This document shows, in pieces, positions 1 through 11,188 of a DNA stretch of 64,000 bases. The notes below the pieces were generated by a model. The model was not told the DNA's origin and ran no database searches. It was given only the letters and a program-made list of their open reading frames with translations. Each line of letters begins with the position of its first letter. Position 1 is the first letter of the stretch. Origin of the DNA: Euglena gracilis (Eukaryota); the NCBI GenBank assembly GCA_039621445.1, contig CP154954.1, forward strand, positions 43,813,847 through 43,877,846. Reading direction: 5' to 3'. The position numbers and the translations under genes are program-made.

Positions 1-594
1 CTCCACCCTTCAGGCACAAAAAAAGTGGCCGGCCCAGGGAAGCGGACATTTTGGGGGGGGTCAAATTTGCTTTCGGCGCCTTCGGTGTCGCAAATTTCCA
101 CTTTCTTTGAGGGGGCAATTTTGGCAAAACGTTTTGGTCACCTTGGGGGGGGGGGCACTGAGAGGGGGGTGAGGCATTTCCCCCTGTGCATGTGACGATT
201 CTTTCCGCACCTTCTGCAGATTCAATTTCAAGAAAAGAGGATTTATTGAGGTTGAGATTTACCAGTGGAACCTGATTTTGAAGATTTGGATGATGATTGC
301 TACGAAGGTGCTGTCTCTCACGAGGTCAAAAATGGCACTATTGAGTGTTCTTTGATTCAGCAAGGGAAAGCACGAGGTTTGACAGAAATTTAAACAATGG
401 CCAATTTTGCTTTTAGTGGGGTTTTTTTGAACCCCACTTTATTTTTTTTTTGCCAATCAACGGAACCAAAATCTTGTGGTGACCCAAAGGTGGAAAAGGT
501 GTTGGGGGATGCAAAAGGAAAACGGCAGATCGATGAACATCATAACAGTATGTTATCATGTTATGTCTGGTAGCATTCTGTTAGTGTGCTATCA

Positions 595-766
595 TACCAC
601 CCCCCCCCTTATTGTCCCCCCCCCCTTATTGTCCCTGGGCCCCGGCCGACGGGGGATTTTTTGGCCCGGCCAATGAAAATTCCTTTGGTACCCCCTTATT
701 GTCCCCCCCCTTATTGTCCGGTCGGGCCTCCCGGGGAGAAGTGGGTGGGACAATAAGGGGGGGGTA
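595..766. mobile_element. TA-flanked MITE (Tc1/mariner-like non-autonomous), family A copy 1
   Basis: Ends TACCACCCCCCCCTTATTGTCCC / GGGACAATAAGGGGGGGGTA are inverted; CCTTATTGTCC is repeated subterminally; internal sequence shared with 2527-2879. Confidence 0.7.
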
Positions 767-973
767 TTGGATCATTTTTCAGATGTGAGATTGAGGCAAG
801 CGTTCCAGGAAAAGCCGCCCGAAATTTGCACCGGAAAATTGCCGAAATTTCGCTGTTCGGGGGTGTTGACCAGCAGTTGTTCCGGCGATAATCGGGTTTC
901 TGGGGCCCGGGAGCCCAGCTAACCCGCTCCCGGAGGCTAGTCACATTTATTGGCAACCCCCCTTTTCTTGGGA

Positions 974-1795
974 TTAAGCCGGCGTTTGAGACGCCGGGCT
1001 CAGGACAGAACCGGCGTCCCCCCCCACGGGCTTTCGGACGCCGGTTCTGTCCTAAAGCCCGGCGTTAGGAACGCCGGCTTTGTCCAAAGCCCGGCGTCCG
1101 ATTTTCATTCCTAAAAATGTCACCAAAAGTGCCCAAAAGTGGCCCTAAGGTGCTGGTATGACTGTTTTAACCATGTAGGACAATGAATTTTGCCATTTGG
1201 GGACCAGCGGGGTGGATGTCCAAATTTGGTGGGAATTGGCCCAGATTTCGATATAGAGTACCGTGCGGCGTGGAAAGATCTGATGAGCACCGCTGGTCGT
1301 CTGTTGAAAAGAGCTTTCGATCGAGGGGTAACTTGGTACCCTAATGTTGCACGCAGCCCGAGATACGCTCGCGATCGTCGGATCGGCCAGAATCTGAGTC
1401 GAAATTTGTCGCAATTTTCAGTGATTTTTGGTTTAAGATGCTTAATAAACCCTACAGAAACGTTTTTCCTCTTCGAATCAACGACCTGAGGGGGCACCAG
1501 AGTTGTGAAATTAGGATTCCCCACTGACAGAAAATAAGAGCTCCAGGCGACGTGGCTGAATTTGGTGGTGACCGCCAGTCGTCTGATGAAAAGAGCTTTC
1601 GATCGAGGGGTGATTTTATACCTGGACGATTGACACAGCCAGAAATACCCTCGCGATCGCCGGAATTTGGTGAAGTGCAAAGTGGTGTGACATTGCAGAT
1701 AAGTGGTCGTAGATTGGTCCTGGGAGTGTCCTTTGGCCGAAGGGTGGGGACGCCGGTTCTGTCCTGAGCCCGGCGTCTCTAAAACGCCGGCTTAA
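974..1795. mobile_element. TTAA-bounded TIR element with internal duplication
   Basis: TTAAGCCGGCGTTTGAGACGCCGGGCTCAGGACAGAACCGGCGTCCC at 974 is the reverse complement of 1747-1795 apart from a 2-nt indel; GAAAAGAGCTTTCGATCGAGGGGT occurs twice internally (~1307, ~1588). Confidence 0.75.
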
Positions 1796-1797
1796 AC

Positions 1798-1918
1798 AAG
1801 AGGTCTCGGACGCCGGTTCTGTCCAAAGCCCGGCGTTCCAAACGCCGGTTCTGTCCGAAGGACGGAACCGGCGTTTGGAACGCCGGGCTTTGGACAGAAC
1901 CGGCGTCCGAGACCTCTT
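1798..1918. repeat. Near-perfect foldback hairpin (59-bp stem, GAA loop)
   Basis: 1798-1856 vs 1860-1918 are reverse complements with one T.G mismatch; built from the GACGCCGGTTCTGTCC motif of the adjacent TIR. Confidence 0.9.
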
Positions 1919-2526
1919 TTTTGTAGTAGAGGCAATCTGGCCCCGAAAATCACGCCCCCACGCCTCAATTTCACAGATAAAAAATTGTTAAAACTTTGCA
2001 ATTCGGGGGGGGGGGTTGAGCAGTTGTATTCCCCCTCCCCAAATAGCAAAATTTTGACAATTTTTTGGGCGTCGGTCGGGGAGTGGTGTGTGCCAAACCG
2101 TGTCACCTGCCCCCCGGGACCAGGTCAGTTGGGTTCCCCACCCCCCAAAACCCCAGAGTCACATGAACCGCTGCTGGTCAACATCCCACAATGGCAAAAT
2201 TATGGCAATTTTTTTGGTGTAAATCGGGGGCGATTGTTCGCTGCACGACCGCTATCCCCCCAAACGTCAGGGTCAAATTTTTTTTCGTGAAGGGTCAGGT
2301 CCCGGGGGCTGTTCTGGCACCCCACATTTCCTTCAACCTGGCCCTGAAAATCACGTCCCCCGACCCGATCGACAGCCTCAAAATTGTCAAAGTTCTGCAA
2401 TTCGGGGGGTTGAGCAACTGTTTTCCCACCTCAAAAGGCAAAATTTTGATAACCTTTGGGTGTTAATCGGGGCTGGGGGGGGGGTCCCGGAAACCCTCCC
2501 CCTCATCTGCCTCGTTGAAGTTAGCT

Positions 2527-2879
2527 TACCCCCCTCATTGCCCCCCCCCCCCTATTGTCCCTTGGCCCTGGCCGATTGGGGGTTTTTTGGCTCGGCCAAT
2601 GAAGTTCCTTTGGTCTTATTGTCCCTCGTGGTTCGGGACGAGGGGGGACGGGGGGGGGACACGGGGGACTGTGGCCCAACTACCCCCACATGTTTTCCTT
2701 GGAGTCGCCCAAATTTGCATGTAATTTTCCTTTGGTTGACCAAAAAAATGTGCCTGGCCAGAGTCCGGGACGTGGGGGGGACGCGGGGGGGGGGACGCGG
2801 GGGGGACACAGGGGGAACACCCCCTTATTGTCCGATCGGGCCTCCCGGGGGCAGGTCAGTGGGACAAAAAGGGGGGGTA
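2527..2879. mobile_element. TA-flanked MITE, family A copy 2
   Basis: TACCCCC...TTGTCCC / GGGACAAAAAGGGGGGGTA ends; shares CGGCCAATGAA..TTCCTTTGG and CCTTATTGTCCG.TCGGGCCTCCCGGGG with 595-766. Confidence 0.7.
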
Positions 2880-4534
2880 ACTAACTTTATTTCACCACCT
2901 CACCCCCCCCCTCAAGGTGGCCACCCTCCAGGCATCGTGGGACCCAAATGGCCACTCCGGGGGGGGGGACACTTTGGAGTGAAGTTAACTTCACTTCTGA
3001 AGTTGACTTCGCTGGTGAAGTTACACCTAACACTCACAATTTTGGGACGTCCCGCCAAAATTGTTGGCCACTTTTGCCACAATTTTGGGCTCTTTTGCCA
3101 AAACGCCTGGGACCTTTCGCCAAAATTTTTGGGACCGTTGCCGAATTTTTGGGATTCCATTGGAGGGATTTTGGTACTCGGCGGTCAAAATTTTTGGGAC
3201 TTTTTGCAAAAGCTCTCTGAATCCAACAAATCACTCTCTGAACAAACCACTGCAACCCCACGGCTCTTCCAAGCAACACAGCTGATGTAAATAATACCCA
3301 GTGTTCGGGGGAACACCACATTTTTTTCACCGAACCCAAAATATGGAACTTATTTTCCATATCTTGGACACCATCTTGGACACCAAATTAGGAACTGGCT
3401 GAGAAAGAGGTGCTGCCTGGACCCCCCCCCCCCAGGGGGTGGCAGGGATGATCAATTGACCGCCAGCGCAGGGAAGTGAATTACCGCGATCAACTGGGGG
3501 CCCCAGGTTGATTACCTTTTCGGGGCCAGACTGCCTCAATGCCAGGAAATGGGGGGGGGTGCCAAAAAGTACGACCAGCAAATATGGTCGCACTGGTGAG
3601 ATCACGGTCTGCATCCCAGAGTCCCCAGAGTCCCTCTGTGCGCAGAGTCCCCGTGACTCGGCACCTGACACACAAAGTACACGAGCTCCGACTGCGGAAC
3701 AAGGCGCAGCTGCGTCCAGTTCCACAGTCACGCCAGCAGTGGTTCCGGGTATAATGGATTTTGGGGGGAGCAGACAATATCACATGTGTCGGTGTGTGTA
3801 CAACGACATGACTTGTTGCAGGTGGTGGTGCTGCTTCGATCACAGTCGATTTGGGTGTTGTCACCACTTCAGGTGTTTGTACAGGTAGTTGTTTCCGTGA
3901 AGACCCCCCGAATTACGAAACATTGGCAATTTTCCGGTGTAAACCGGGGTGGGGCGGGGGGGGGGTGGGAGTGGGGCGTGATTTTCAGGGCCAGATTGCC
4001 TCAATGCCAGGAAATAGGTGGTGCCAAAGAGCGCAACCAGCCCTTGGTACCAGATCGGCTTGATTCCCCGCTCTCAGAAACCGCATTAATGCCAGGACAC
4101 TTGCGACTTCAACTTCCCACAATAACGAATTTTTTGGCAATTTTTCGGTGCCAATTGCGGCAACCAAACCGGATCTATTTGTAAACCCCAGGGGGTTTAC
4201 AAATAGGGGTGGGGTATACCTTGGGGAGTGGGGGGATGATACCCAGAAAATGTATATCTCAGGTAGGCTATTACCCTACAGAACAATCCTCGCAGGTCGC
4301 ATGTCAATAAAATTTCAAAAAAAAAACAACCACGGGCTGTGACAGTTTTGGGGTTTCTGCCCTGTTCCTGGCCAATTGTTGTGGCCCAAGGGGTGGTTAT
4401 AAGATTGGGGGGGGGGGCAGGTGTCACTCCCAAAATGGTGAGAGTTCTGCACAGAAAGGGAAAACAAAATGCAGCCGAAGGGGGGGAATGCCTGTGTCTG
4501 GGGAGTGGATGAAGACCAGTGCCTCCGGGATCTG

Positions 4535-4808
4535 TTAAAAACGTGTTCAGCCCGCCAAATGCCTGCCCTGAAATTCTTGGTCATGAACACGTTTTCTATG
4601 AGGGCATTTGTGGCAATGACACGTTTTCAATGAGTGCATTTGTGGCAATGACACGTTTTCAGTGAAGGCATCTATGTTCAGGCACGTTTTCAATGAGGGC
4701 GCAGTTTTTTGGGTCCGAATTTCACAAAATCGCGTTTTTGACCCCTTGCGTGAATCATGACCACGAATTTCAGGGCAGGCATTTGGCGGGCTCTGAACAC
4801 GTTTTTAA
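4535..4808. mobile_element. TTAA-bounded TIR element with internal ~31-bp tandem repeat
   Basis: TTAAAAACGTGTTCAGCCCGCCAAATGCCTGCCCTGAAATTC vs GAATTTCAGGGCAGGCATTTGGCGGGCTCTGAACACGTTTTTAA; internal ACACGTTTTC...GCATTTGTGGCAATG units. Confidence 0.75.
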
Positions 4809-4923
4809 ACAAATTGTGGCTGAGCCCAGATTTCAGCCTGAAAACGTGTTCAGGGGGCCCCCTTTGGGGGCCCCCTGGCTGAACACATTTTCAGGCTGAA
4901 ATCTGGGCTCAGCCACAATTTGT
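4809..4923. repeat. Foldback hairpin (45-bp outer stem plus GC inner stem, TTT loop)
   Basis: 4809-4853 vs 4879-4923 are reverse complements with one mismatch; inner GGGGCCCCC-TTT-GGGGGCCCC; contains the AAAACGTGTTCAG motif of the adjacent TIR. Confidence 0.9.
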
Positions 4924-5643
4924 GTATAGAAAGACATCAGGTGCCACTTCCACATTGTTGACAAATCCCTGAGAGAAACAGGCAAAAACGGTAGTTGAAC
5001 CTCCAAAGCAACTGTCACCTGGCACGTCGACTGCCCTGGCAACTTCCCACAAAGGCGCAGTTCCAAAAAAAAAACTACAATTATGCCAAAAAATAGTTTT
5101 TTTGACCCCGAAACCACCCAAAAAACACAAAAACAGCAACGTGCATCTGCGTCGGGAAATAAAAATTTTCTGGTAATTTTGAGGGGGGTTCTGGACCTCC
5201 CCCCCACCCACCCTGAGAAGGGGTTGGGGCTGGTTGCCCCTTAACGCTCGCTTAGTACCATGGGGTTGGCTGGATGCAGGAACTGCATCGACTTTCGGCA
5301 GGCCACACTGTCACGTCTTCTGGCGGGGGCACCGCAGCAGCACAGCGGGATCCTTCGCCCGCTGCGCTGCGCTGCGTCCCGCTGCGCGGCGGCCCTGAGT
5401 TGCGGCCGGGGCCCGCTTCGGCCGCTCCGGCAGCCGGCGGTGGCGCCGCTGCCGCCTGGCAACCCCAATGGATGTCCCATGGAACACAACACCGCACAAA
5501 GTAACACAAAGCGGGGTAATGAAACCCGGCAAACCTGCCCAACCTTCAGGGGGGGAGCGGTTGCTCCAACGCACAAACCACCATGCGACCGGCATCAGCA
5601 GGGTCATCAGGATGGGTCGGTTCGCAGTGTTTCGGCCGCACCG

Positions 5644-5830
5644 GCCATTTGCTCGTTTCAGATGCACTAGCAGCCATTTGCTGCACCAGCAGCCATTTGC
5701 TGCATTAGCAGCCATTTGCTGCACTAGCAGCCATTTGCTTGCTTCGGCCTCGCCGGCGGCCATTTGCTTGCTTCGGCCGCACTAGCAGCCATTTGCTCCA
5801 CTGGTGGCCATTTGCTCGCTTCGGCCACAC
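5644..5830. repeat. Minisatellite with GCCATTTGCT core
   Basis: About 8 variable-length units such as GCACTAGCAGCCATTTGCT. Confidence 0.8.
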
Positions 5831-8094
5831 TGGGCCACGTCACTTCAGTCACTTTGAGCCAAGTGGTTACAAGTGCCTGGCCGGGACATCATACGCCTGG
5901 TGGTGGCAGTATGTGGGCCCATTGGCACCCTGGCAGAAAAACCCCAGGCTGAAACTCTGGGAAATACCGGAACGGCAGTGCCAAAATTTCGGGGAAAACA
6001 AACAGTGCCAGAAAAATGCAGAAACCACAAAGCAAAATTGCTGGAGGGCACCCTCCCCGCCAGCCAGCTCAAATCCAGCCAGCAGCCCAAATTCGGGCTG
6101 GGAGCCCCCTCAGGGGGGTGAGTGAAATAAAGTTCTGGGTCCCGCCTTTTCCCCCCCTATGGCCCCTGGAGCCTACCATCCCCCCGACCCCCCATTGCTC
6201 CTTGGCTCGCCATCCTTCATGCCCTTTCCCGCCGGGCCCCCGCCCCCCCCCGCCCCCCCCTGATCACGTTTTGTATGGTTTTTGGGGGGTCCCCCCCCCC
6301 CCCCCTTCACCCCCCCCCCCCCCGCCCCGGATTTGGACGGGCCAGGGCATGGGTGACCGTTGCCTGCAAAGGGTGAGAAAGCTCCCCCATGTTATTGCCC
6401 GTGACGCCCCCCCACGGCCCCCCCCGCCCACCCCCCCCCGAACCCCCCCTATAAATTTTCTTATATAATACACATAATATTTTAATTAAATTAATAATTA
6501 CAATTGGGGGTGCTGGGAGGGAGTACCAGGGGTGGGGGGTTGGTGCTTGAAAAAAAACTTGCGAAAAATTTCTATTATGTTGGCGGGATTTTTTGGAGGG
6601 GGTTATGAAAACGGTTACCTTCGCCGTTTGCATGTGTTGCCGGGGTGCTGGGAGGGAATATCAGGGATGGGAGAGGACGGTGCTCAAAAAAACCTTGAAA
6701 AAAGGAAATTTTTGGCGGGCGACCATTAAGGGGGGGTGACCCATGGACCATTGTAAATGCAGGGTAAATTGAGTACCCCCCCCCCCCCTAATTGTCACCC
6801 CTCCCTAACAGTCGCCAGGGGGGGTCAAAACGTTCCCGGGGGGTGCCAAGGGGGGGGTCACGTTATTTCCATGGCCCGAAGCCCTTCTTGAAATCGACTG
6901 ACATTACCATCCCCCCCCCCCCGAGTTAGTCACCCCCCCCTGTTGGTCACCTTTGGGCCCCCGGGCAATTTTTTTTTTGAAGGGAGATATTTTTCTTTGA
7001 AAAAAAACACCGAATTCGGCCGTCGCAATTTTTTTTTTGCAGGTTGCCATCCATGAAATGGGCCCTGGAATGCCAAAAACAACCTTGAAACCCCCTAGGG
7101 TTTGGGTGGGGGAGGGCAAAATTTGGTAATTGCCCCCACCCCGAGTTAGTCACCCCCCCCTATTGGTCACTCTGGCGAATTTCCCTTCCGGGGGGGTGTC
7201 CGGGGTGGGGTGTTGGCGTAGGGGGTGGCAGGGGAACCGTTAAACATCTAAAAACATAAAAAAACAGTTTTTTTCGACCAGTAGCCGGGTGCGCTGGCTT
7301 GACCCGACGGCGCCCCATCCGTCACTCTGGCGTCCCCACCCCCCCCGCCCCCCCCCCCCATTTTAAAACCACAATACCCCCTTCCCGGAAAAAGTCCCCA
7401 CCCCCGTTATTTCCTCAGGGTGACCCTCGCCTTTTACTGGAATTTAATCATTGGTTCCCCCCCCCCCCACCCTTAACACCCCCCCCCCCCCCCCCCTGTC
7501 CTTTTGGTTCCCGGGTCAAAGTTTTTTCCTGGCTCTTTTTTCCCCCCCCCCCCCCCCTTTCACCCCCCTGGGGTCACCTTCCCCCGGGCAATTTTGAAAT
7601 ATATTTTTTTTGCGAAAAAAAACATTGCCCCCCTTTTTTTTTTTTTGGGGGCCCTGGCAAAATCCCTTGTGCCCAAAATTGGGTTTGGGTGGGCCCCCCC
7701 CCGAGTTAGTCCCCCCCCCCCCCCCCCCTATTGGTCACTCTTCCCTTTCCTTAACTTGCACGGTGATAGATTTTAGCAGGGGCGCCCGTGACAATGACAA
7801 TTTTCAAGCCAGGCGTTCTTATTATAAAACAAGTTTTTAAGAGGCTCCGTTTTCTTGCAGTTGGGAGATAGGCAGCTGGTAAACTGATGGAATAGATTAC
7901 TACCCCCCTCACCCCCCTCAGAGTGGCCAAGAATTTTTGGCAAATTTGGTGCCCCCCCCCCAAAGTGGTCGTTTTCTTCTGGCGCCGAAGGCGCCAAAGC
8001 CCAAAAATTGACCCCCCCAAAGTGTCCCCTCCCCCAGAGTGGCCGTTTTGGGGTGCCGTGGTGCCCAGAGGGGCGGGTGAGGGTATGTGAATCA

Positions 8095-8670
8095 GAACTC
8101 GTAGATGCATTTGTACGCACAGTGTGTGTAGGGATTAGCGTCCCAAAGCTCAACAAGAGCTAGGAAAAGAACCTCCGCACGCAACCCAGTTTGAAACACA
8201 AAAATGAGGAGGTTCCAATGCTGGTTTTCCAACGGATTCTTGGAATTGAATTGTGTCGACAATGACAACAATTCACACAAAATCCCAGAGCCCTCTTTTT
8301 GAGCAGATGATCACCTTGTGAGCGTTCTCTTCAAAGCGGGTGGGATGAATTCATTCAGCAAAGGAAATTGCCTGGGTGCTGAGGCCACAAGGGCAACATC
8401 CGGGACCCTTTGGTTGCACACTCGCATCAAGGCGTTTACATAATTTCGCCAAGAGCCGACGTCTCTCGCACTGACACATTTTGTTCCTCATGTTGTTTGT
8501 TGCAAGGCTTAGGCTTCCTGCTCATCAAACAAAAAAAAACTGCCTGAATGCAACGACGTCCCCACGCATGCAAAAACTCATCAATTGATGCATATTTCAC
8601 ACCCAGTTGGTCGCAAAGATCAACGAAGGACAAAAAAATGAGCCAAACTGGCTGGCTGCACGTTCTGAGA
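8095..8670 (-). pseudogene. Decayed tyrosine-recombinase (Crypton-like) fragment
   Basis: Minus strand reads VGSWRNYVNALMRVCNQ...(stop)...HWNLLIFVFQTGLRAEVLF; TGLR resembles YR box I; stops and frameshifts present; no search run. Confidence 0.4.
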
Positions 8671-8713
8671 ACCTGGAGTTTTGGGAGGGGGTCAGGACAT
8701 GGGGACACAGGGG

Positions 8714-8764
8714 GGGTTAGGGTTAGGGTTACCCTAACCCAAACCCTAACCCAAACCCTAACCC
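8714..8764. repeat. Interstitial telomere-like repeats in inverted arrangement
   Basis: GGGTTAGGGTTAGGGTTA directly followed by CCCTAACCCAAACCCTAACCCAAACCCTAACCC. Confidence 0.75.
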
Positions 8765-9818
8765 ATAGTCCTTGAAAAAATCCCTGTTTGGAGGCCAGGA
8801 AAAGTGCACTAAGTCCATGGTCTTAGTGGTCAGGTTCCACCCGTTGGGTACTGAAGCAGGGTTGACGTTTTTTTGTTTTTTTTTCAAAAAAAACATGTGT
8901 TTTTATTGAAGAAACGCCAAAAAACCATGTTTTTTTTTGAAAAAGCAAAAATTGACCTTTTTCTTTGCGAAATGGCCATTTTTTGAGGAAAATTTTTTCG
9001 GGGGTGGTTCAGGTCACGGGAAGGGGGTCACGGGGATACTTTCACACATAGAAAAACCTTTAGAGGGGGTGTTCCCCCATGACCCACCCCCGACCCGACC
9101 TAAGACCCTTTTCGGCCATTTTTGAAGAAAAAAAATTTGGCCGGTGATGCCTAATTTGACAAAATATTCAGGTAGATTCCCAATTTTGAGGCATAAATTT
9201 TGCAAATTTTGGAATGTGATGCCTAATTTGGTGTCAAAGTACCAATTTAGGTTGGGGGATTCCTAATTTGGCGCCTAAAAAGGATTTTTTCCCAAAAATT
9301 TGTTTTCGGTGGTTCTTGGTTTGGCCACCGAAAAAATCTGTGTTTTTTGGTGCAAAAAATCATGCTTTCAACCCCCCCAAAAAAACAAAAAATGAATCCT
9401 GCAGGGATAAAAAATGCACTTTATTCTAAAAAAAAACATTTTTTCACCCAAACCCTCCATGATGCTTTTTTTTACTTTTTCAAAAAAAAACAAACCGTCA
9501 ACCTTGTACTCGAGGGGACCAAAAGGAGATTTTTGACTGTTTTGTGGCCACTTTTGGCCTTTTGTTGGCTCACAATTTCTTCGGACATCGAAACCACCTT
9601 TAAGAAACCCCTTGGGACATTTTTTTGGAAACCCAACTATAAGAAACGGGTCTCTCACAGGTGGGGTGGGTCATCTTACAGTCTGTTGCATTTGTGAGGC
9701 ATATTCTCAAAATTTTTTTGATGTTTTAGGACTTCAAACATAACAAAAACAAACAAAGGAATATGTGTTTCTATTTATACACATATAACATATATATACA
9801 TATATAATATATGTATGA

Positions 9819-10110
9819 ACCATGCCCCCCCCCCTTTACTGTTCCCCCCTCACTGTTTTCATTGGGGGGACGGGAACAGTACAGTGTCATAGCACTTTTG
9901 TAAAGGATTCTTGGCACAAGGCAAAAAGGGGAATCTTTTGGTCGGTTTTAGGTGCTTTCCATCCCACCAAAATCCAACTTTATGCCAAAACTTTATGCCG
10001 GACGTTGTGGAGGTGCAATTTTCAAGCATGTAAACCATTTTGGCATTTTGGGTAACCTTTTGGGTCAAACTTGGGACTCAAAAGGGGGCACGGGAGGGGG
10101 GGGGCATGGT
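9819..10110. mobile_element. MITE inserted in a (TA)n tract
   Basis: ACCATGCCCCCCCC / GGGGGGGGCATGGT inverted ends with TA-rich microsatellite on both sides. Confidence 0.65.
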
Positions 10111-10399
10111 ATATATATTTATATAAAGGAATATATACATACATGTGTGTGTGTGCGTGTCTACACAGACATGCATACATGAATATTTTCATTTGTATGT
10201 GTTTATGTGCACCCCCATTACGTACCCCCATTATGTACCCCTTGGGGGGGAGGTACAATAATGGGGGGGGGGGCAGTCCCAAGAGGAATGCACCTCGCCC
10301 GGCCATCCGCAGGCATGTCCCGCCCATTGTGAACCTCCCCCCATTGTACCTCCCCCCCAGTTTCGGCCTCCCGGAGGAGGTATATAATGGGGGGGGGAT

Positions 10400-10478
10400 G
10401 GTATATATGTATATATGCACACACATATACATATATATATATATATATATACATATATGCATGAATATATGTACATAT

Positions 10479-10509
<31 letters not shown>

Positions 10510-10511
10510 CA
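10400..10511. repeat. (TA)n/(TACA)n microsatellite
   Basis: Directly visible; preceded by another MITE-like element (~10211-10403) with CCCCCATT..TACC repeats. Confidence 0.9.
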
Positions 10512-11188
10512 TTCGGAAACAATAAACAAGGGATTTGCCCCCCAAAACGGGGTGGAAACACAAGGGATTTTGTTATTTTGGGGCCCTCAGACAGACTCAG
10601 TTGCGGGTCGGGCCAGGCCGGGTCGGGCTACTGGGCTGAGGGCAGGCCGGGCTGGACTGCTGGGCCATCAGGCCCCGGTGGGGGAATGCGTGCGTGGGCA
10701 GGCACCCCAAGGCACCCAGATCCGACCCCCCCAGGGCCAGGGGATTTCAAGACTCCCTATCCCTGGGCCGCCACACTGCAACCCGGCTCTGGGCTATATT
10801 TAAGGGCTTCTGAGAGTTGCTGGTTGGTTTTGCCCCCCAAGGATAGGGAAGTAACCCCTCCCCCCAGACGTTGGGAGGGGGTCCGGCCCTCCCACTCCTC
10901 CTCCTTGAAAGGTTCCAATGGCAGTGAAATTTTTTCTTCCAGTACTGCGCGCCGGAAAATGAGCAAAACAACACCCTTCTTCCTCACTTTGGACATATTG
11001 CCCGTTTTTTTTTGATGTTTTGGTGGTCTCCACATGAAAAATGTGAAATAATTCAAAAAAATGAGTGTTTTCGGGTTCAAAAAAAATTGGGTATTTTCAC
11101 CAAATTTGGCCCGATTTCTGGCCGGGCGGCGGCCACGATGGGCCCCTCCTCCTCCGCACCCCTGGTCCTTTGCCCCGCCTTCCCCCAG

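Noticed and set aside
5260-5470. GC-rich exon-like segment (also ~3650-3870)
   Set aside because: Could not be linked to other exons or assigned a strand or product
8714-8764. True telomere or chromosome fusion site
   Set aside because: Only ~8 partly degenerate units embedded among repeats; kept only as an interstitial repeat
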